Of a stretch of 64,000 nucleotides of DNA, positions 59,514 to 64,000 are shown one piece after another; the stretch's first letter is position 1, and each line of letters opens with the position of its first letter. The notes beneath the pieces were generated by a model. It did no database searches. It was not told where the DNA came from and worked only from the letters and a program-made list of their open reading frames with translations. Where the stretch lies: contig CAZZIO010000018.1 of assembly GCA_964654465.1 (NCBI GenBank), positions 14,957-78,956 of the forward strand, in the 5' to 3' direction. The stretch is from an uncultured Dictyoglomota bacterium (lineage in GTDB: Bacteria; Dictyoglomota; Dictyoglomia; Dictyoglomales; Dictyoglomaceae). A program made the translations under genes and the position numbers.

Positions 59514-62337
59514 TCACTTCCTCCTTTAAATTCAAAATCCTTTTTAAAAATTGTCCTGTGTATGACCTATCATTCATAGCTACATCTTCAGGAGTACCCT
59601 CTGCTACAATCTCACCACCCCTATCTCCTCCTTCAGGACCTAAATCAATAATATAATCTGCTGTTTTTATCACATCCAGATTATGCTCTATAACAAGTAC
59701 AGTATTTCCAGCATTCACTAATCGATGAAGCAGATTTAATAATTTTTCTACATCAGCAAAATGTAATCCTGTTGTTGGTTCATCTAAAATATAAAAAGTC
59801 CTACCTGTACTTTTTCTTGAAAGTTCTGCTGCAAGCTTGATTCTTTGAGCCTCTCCTCCTGAAAGAGTAGTAGCAGGCTGTCCCAATTTTATATATCCTA
59901 ATCCAACATCATACAATGTTTCCAGCTTTCTTCGAATAGATGGAAAGTTTTCAAAGAATTCCAAGGCTTCTTCTACACTCATATCTAATACATCTGCAAT
60001 ATTTTTACCTTTATAATTTATTTCTAAGGTCTCACTATTATATCTTTTCCCTTTACATACTTCACATGGAACATAAATATCAGGTAAAAAGTGCATTTCT
60101 ACTTTTACCATACCTTCCCCTTTGCACGCTTCGCATCTTCCACCCTTCACATTAAAGCTAAATCTTCCAGCTTTATATCCTCTCATTTTAGCCTCTGGTA
60201 ATTGGGCAAAAAGTTCTCTTATTTCCGTAAAAACATTAGTATAGGTAGCTGGATTAGATCTCGGAGTTCTCCCTATAGGAGATTGATCAATGACAATAAC
60301 CTTATCTATATATTCGGTACCTTTTATTTCCTCATAATACTCGCTTCTTACCTTCTTTCCATGTAATGCTTTCTGAAGAGCAGGATATATAATCTCTTCC
60401 ACAAGAGTACTCTTTCCAGAGCCCGATACACCAGTAAGGCATACAAAGGCATTTAGTGGAATTTTAACATCTATATTTTTTAAGTTTCTTGCCTTAGCCC
60501 CTTTAATTTCTAACCATCTTCCACCTATATTCCTTCTCCTTACAGGAATAGGAATTTTTCTCTCACCCCTAAGATATTGGGCTGTTAAGGATTCAGGATG
60601 TTTTATTACCTCATTTAAAGGACCAGCAACAACAATTTGTCCCCCTTTTTCTCCAGCTCCTGGCCCTATATCTACAATAAAATCTGCGGATCTGATTATT
60701 TCTTCATCATGTTCTACAACGATTACTGTATTTCCAAGATCTCTAAGATTTTTTAGATTCTTTATTAATCTCTCATTATCTCTTGGATGTAATCCTATAC
60801 TTGGTTCATCAAGGACATATATAACTCCTACAAGTCCTGACCCAATTTGAGTAGCAAGCCTAACTCTTTGAGATTCTCCTCCAGATAATGTAGATGCAGA
60901 TCTATCAAGAGTTAAATAATCTACACCTACCTCTATTAAAAAATTTACCCTTTGAATTATCTCTTTCAATATGGGTGATGCAATAATTCTTTCTCTATCA
61001 GATAAGGAAAGATTCATAAGAAAATCCTTTAATTCCACAAGAGTTAAAGAAGAAACATCAGCTATATTTTTACTCCCTACAAATACTGATAGAGCTTCTT
61101 TCCTTAATCTCTTTCCCCCACATTCACTACAGGGGGAAAAAACCATAAATCTCTCATAGAAGTTTTTAACATCCTCAGATTCTGTCTCTTCATATCTTTT
61201 CATAAATATATTTATTAAACCCTCAAAATGTCTATATCCATAAATATCCCAGTCGGGAAAATTTACTTCTACCGCAAAAGGTACACCATATAAAAGAGAT
61301 TTTAGTTGATTTTCTGTAAAAAATTTAAGGGGAGTATCAAGATTAAAACCAAGCCTCTTTCCAATATTGGCCAGTAGAATTTTATAATAAGGAGATATTT
61401 CCTTTCCCCAAGGGATAATTGCCCCTTCTGATATAGATTTTTCATAATCCAAAATCAAATCTGGATCAAATTCTTTTTTACCTCCAAGTCCAGAGCATAC
61501 AGGACAAGCCCCATATGGACTATTAAAAGAGAAAAATCTTGGAGTTATCTCCCCAAAACTAAAACCACATATTGGACAAGCATAATTTTCACTGAAAATG
61601 TGTTCTTCCACTTTATCTCCCACATATTTTTCCACAATTAATAATCCTTCACTAAGTTTTAAGGCCAATTCTACCGAATCAGATAATCTTGTCTTTATAT
61701 CAGGTTTCACTATTAATCTATCTATGATCACAGAAATATCATGTTTTTTATTCTTATCAAGTTCTATTTCATCTTCTAAGGAATAGAGCTCACCATCTAT
61801 TTTTACTCTTAAAAATCCTTCTTTTCTTAAATTCTCCAATAACTTCTTATACTCTCCTTTTCTTCCCCTTACCACAGGAGAAAGGATTTGAATCCTTGTT
61901 CCCTCTTCCCAAGAAAGAATCTTTTCCACTATTTCCTGGGAGGTTTGGGCAGAGATTTCAATACCGCAATTGGGACAATGGGGTCTTCCAATATTAGCAA
62001 AAAGAAGTCTTAAATAATCATATATCTCGGTAACTGTACCTACCGTAGATCGAGGATTTTTTATCACTGTTTTTTGATCTATAGAGATAGCGGGTGAAAG
62101 ACCTTCTATAATATCCACATCAGGCTTATTTAACTGTCCTAAAAACTGTCTTGCATAAGTAGAAAGAGATTCTACATATCTCCTTTGCCCCTCAGCATAT
62201 ATGGTATCAAAGGCAAGTGAAGATTTACCAGAGCCACTTATCCCGGTAAATACAATAAGTTTGTTTCTGGGGATATCTAAATTTATATTCTTTAAGTTAT
62301 GCTCTCTTGCTCCCCTAATCTTTATATAATCACTCAT
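59488..62337 (-). CDS. uvrA: Excinuclease ABC subunit A
   Basis: [20 protein letters not shown], two ABC modules, Zn fingers. Confidence 0.98.
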   Translation of the reverse strand: MSDYIKIRGAREHNLKNINLDIPRNKLIVFTGISGSGKSSLAFDTIYAEGQRRYVESLSTYARQFLGQLNKPDVDIIEGLSPAISIDQKTVIKNPRSTVGTVTEIYDYLRLLFANIGRPHCPNCGIEISAQTSQEIVEKILSWEEGTRIQILSPVVRGRKGEYKKLLENLRKEGFLRVKIDGELYSLEDEIELDKNKKHDISVIIDRLIVKPDIKTRLSDSVELALKLSEGLLIVEKYVGDKVEEHIFSENYACPICGFSFGEITPRFFSFNSPYGACPVCSGLGGKKEFDPDLILDYEKSISEGAIIPWGKEISPYYKILLANIGKRLGFNLDTPLKFFTENQLKSLLYGVPFAVEVNFPDWDIYGYRHFEGLINIFMKRYEETESEDVKNFYERFMVFSPCSECGGKRLRKEALSVFVGSKNIADVSSLTLVELKDFLMNLSLSDRERIIASPILKEIIQRVNFLIEVGVDYLTLDRSASTLSGGESQRVRLATQIGSGLVGVIYVLDEPSIGLHPRDNERLIKNLKNLRDLGNTVIVVEHDEEIIRSADFIVDIGPGAGEKGGQIVVAGPLNEVIKHPESLTAQYLRGERKIPIPVRRRNIGGRWLEIKGAKARNLKNIDVKIPLNAFVCLTGVSGSGKSTLVEEIIYPALQKALHGKKVRSEYYEEIKGTEYIDKVIVIDQSPIGRTPRSNPATYTNVFTEIRELFAQLPEAKMRGYKAGRFSFNVKGGRCEACKGEGMVKVEMHFLPDIYVPCEVCKGKRYNSETLEINYKGKNIADVLDMSVEEALEFFENFPSIRRKLETLYDVGLGYIKLGQPATTLSGGEAQRIKLAAELSRKSTGRTFYILDEPTTGLHFADVEKLLNLLHRLVNAGNTVLVIEHNLDVIKTADYIIDLGPEGGDRGGEIVAEGTPEDVAMNDRSYTGQFLKRILNLKEEVSERSFKNR

Positions 62338-64000
62338 AATTTTGTCTTTTTCTTTAATTCATTCTTTAATTCTTTTATTTGATCCCTTAAATATGCCGCT
62401 CTCTCAAAATCAAGTTCCGCAGCAGCAGAATACATCTCCTTTTCAAGATGTTTTATAACCTCTCCTATCTCATCTATAGATAGATTTTTAGATACAGCTT
62501 TGTAATCTGCTTTTTTCTCACTAACTGCCTCAACAAAATCAAAAACTTCTTTCACAGATTTTTGAATACTTCTTGGAACTATTCCATGAGCTTTATTATA
62601 TTCCATTTGAATTCTTCTTCTTCTCTCCGTCTCTTCAATAGCCCTTCTCATAGAATCGGTTATAGTATCTGCATACATAATTACTTTACCATTGACGTTT
62701 CTTGCTGCTCTTCCCATCACTTGAATAAGAGATCTTTCTGATCTTAAAAACCCTTCTCTGTCAGCATCTAAAATTGCTACCAATGAGACCTCGGGTAGAT
62801 CTAACCCCTCCCTAAGAAGATTTATCCCTACTAGTACATCAAATTTTCCCAATCTCAGATCCTGTAAAATTCCTGTTCTTTCTAAGGTTTCTATTTCTGA
62901 ATGCAGATAGGTTACTCTTATACCAAGATTAGATAGATATTCTGCCAGATCCTCAGCTGTTCTTTTTGTTAATGTAGTTACAAGAACCCTTTCTCCTCTT
63001 GAAACTGCCTCTTTTATCTTTGAAATTAAATGCTCAATCTGACCCTCCGTTGGATGTACCTCAATTTCAGGATCAAGTAATCCTGTAGGTCTGATAAGTT
63101 GCTCTACTATCTGTTCTGAAATACTAAGCTCAAAATCTGCAGGTGTTGCAGAAACAAAGATCACTTGTGGAACCCTTTCCCAAAATTCTTCAAAAGTCAA
63201 AGGACGATTATCATAAGCTGAAGGAAGTCTAAATCCATATTCTACTAAATTATCCTTTCTTGATTTGTCACCATGATACATAGCTCTAAGTTGAGGAATA
63301 GTTAGATGAGATTCATCAATAAATACTAAAAAATCCTCAGGAAAATAATCCAGAAGGGTATAAGGAGGATCACCAGGTTTTCTACCATCAAAATGTCTTG
63401 AATAATTTTCTATTCCCTTACAATAACCTACCTCTTTTAATAGTTCTAAATCATAAAGGGTTCTCGCTTCTAATCTTTTTGCTTCAAGAAACTTTCCTTG
63501 AGATCTAAGCTCCTCAAGCCTTTCTTCCAATTCTTTTCTAATAGATTCTATAGCCCTTTCTAGTTTCTCCGTAGGAGCAATATAATGGGTGGCAGGATAA
63601 ATAAAGGTGCTTTTTAAATCACAATTTCTTTTACCACTTATGGGATCAACCTCTGATATTCTTTCTATGATATCACCCCAATATTCTACTCTAATCGCAG
63701 TTTCTCCTCCTATAGGAAATATCTCTACTAAGTCTCCCCTAACTCTAAACTTTCCTCTTGTAAATTCATAATCATTTCTTTCATATTGTAATTTTATAAG
63801 TTTTCTTAAAAGTACTTCCCGAGGTATCTCATCACCCTCTTTAATCATAAATATCATCTGTTCATAATCTTCAGGAGAGCCCAAACCATATATACAAGAT
63901 ACACTTGCAACCACAATAACATCTCTTCTTGAAAGAAGACTACTTGTAGTACTATGTCTTAACCTATCAATTCTATCGTTTATATCTGCATCCTTTTCTA
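62334..64000 (-). CDS. uvrB: Excinuclease ABC subunit B (5' end beyond the window)
   Basis: The frame continues upstream of 63914 ([15 protein letters not shown]...[15 protein letters not shown]); [11 protein letters not shown]-terminal UVR domain. Confidence 0.97.
   Translation of the reverse strand, partial: EKDADINDRIDRLRHSTTSSLLSRRDVIVVASVSCIYGLGSPEDYEQMIFMIKEGDEIPREVLLRKLIKLQYERNDYEFTRGKFRVRGDLVEIFPIGGETAIRVEYWGDIIERISEVDPISGKRNCDLKSTFIYPATHYIAPTEKLERAIESIRKELEERLEELRSQGKFLEAKRLEARTLYDLELLKEVGYCKGIENYSRHFDGRKPGDPPYTLLDYFPEDFLVFIDESHLTIPQLRAMYHGDKSRKDNLVEYGFRLPSAYDNRPLTFEEFWERVPQVIFVSATPADFELSISEQIVEQLIRPTGLLDPEIEVHPTEGQIEHLISKIKEAVSRGERVLVTTLTKRTAEDLAEYLSNLGIRVTYLHSEIETLERTGILQDLRLGKFDVLVGINLLREGLDLPEVSLVAILDADREGFLRSERSLIQVMGRAARNVNGKVIMYADTITDSMRRAIEETERRRRIQMEYNKAHGIVPRSIQKSVKEVFDFVEAVSEKKADYKAVSKNLSIDEIGEVIKHLEKEMYSAAAELDFERAAYLRDQIKELKNELKKKTKL

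Noticed and set aside
4448..61786. Many short ORFs antisense to, or nested in, long genes (e.g. 4448-4678, 25874-26320, 43562-43894)
   Set aside because: Shadow ORFs of well-supported genes, with no recognisable motifs

Overview
AT-rich, gene-dense bacterial chromosome segment, with most genes on the minus strand. The proteins look like those of an anaerobic thermophile, most likely Dictyoglomus: the 686-aa GH57 enzyme closely resembles D. thermophilum AmyA as I recall it, but is not identical. Contents in order: smc (partial), rnc, fab cluster without plsX, rpmF, yceD, ackA; acuB and a liv ABC transporter; asnS; an MTA/SAH deaminase, mtnA and nucleoside phosphorylase cluster; a secreted Zn PLC/S1-P1 enzyme; GT4; a cyclase; a pilin fused to an Ada-like Zn domain; pyrE; decayed gene remnants; class I lysS with an archaeal-type SAM synthetase; xylB; an [FeFe]-hydrogenase sensory/diaphorase operon with no catalytic HydA/HndD; patatin; nitroreductase, htpX, lemA, ahcY; phoU with a degenerate ammonia-lyase-fold protein; a ClpG/ClpK-like disaggregase; suhB; three tRNAs; two GH57 enzymes; an MsmX-type ATPase; LysM; a P-type ATPase; HNH; a priming glycosyltransferase; a beta-barrel-like and LolA-like pair; ROK, ogt, uvrA and uvrB (partial). 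I saw no CRISPR array, rRNA, transposase or prophage. The most notable items are the pilin-Zn-finger fusion, the ClpG-like protein, the MIO-less ammonia-lyase homologue, the hydrogenase operon with an altered H-cluster motif, and a probable methylthioinosine salvage route. All family assignments come from motif recognition by eye; no database searches were run.
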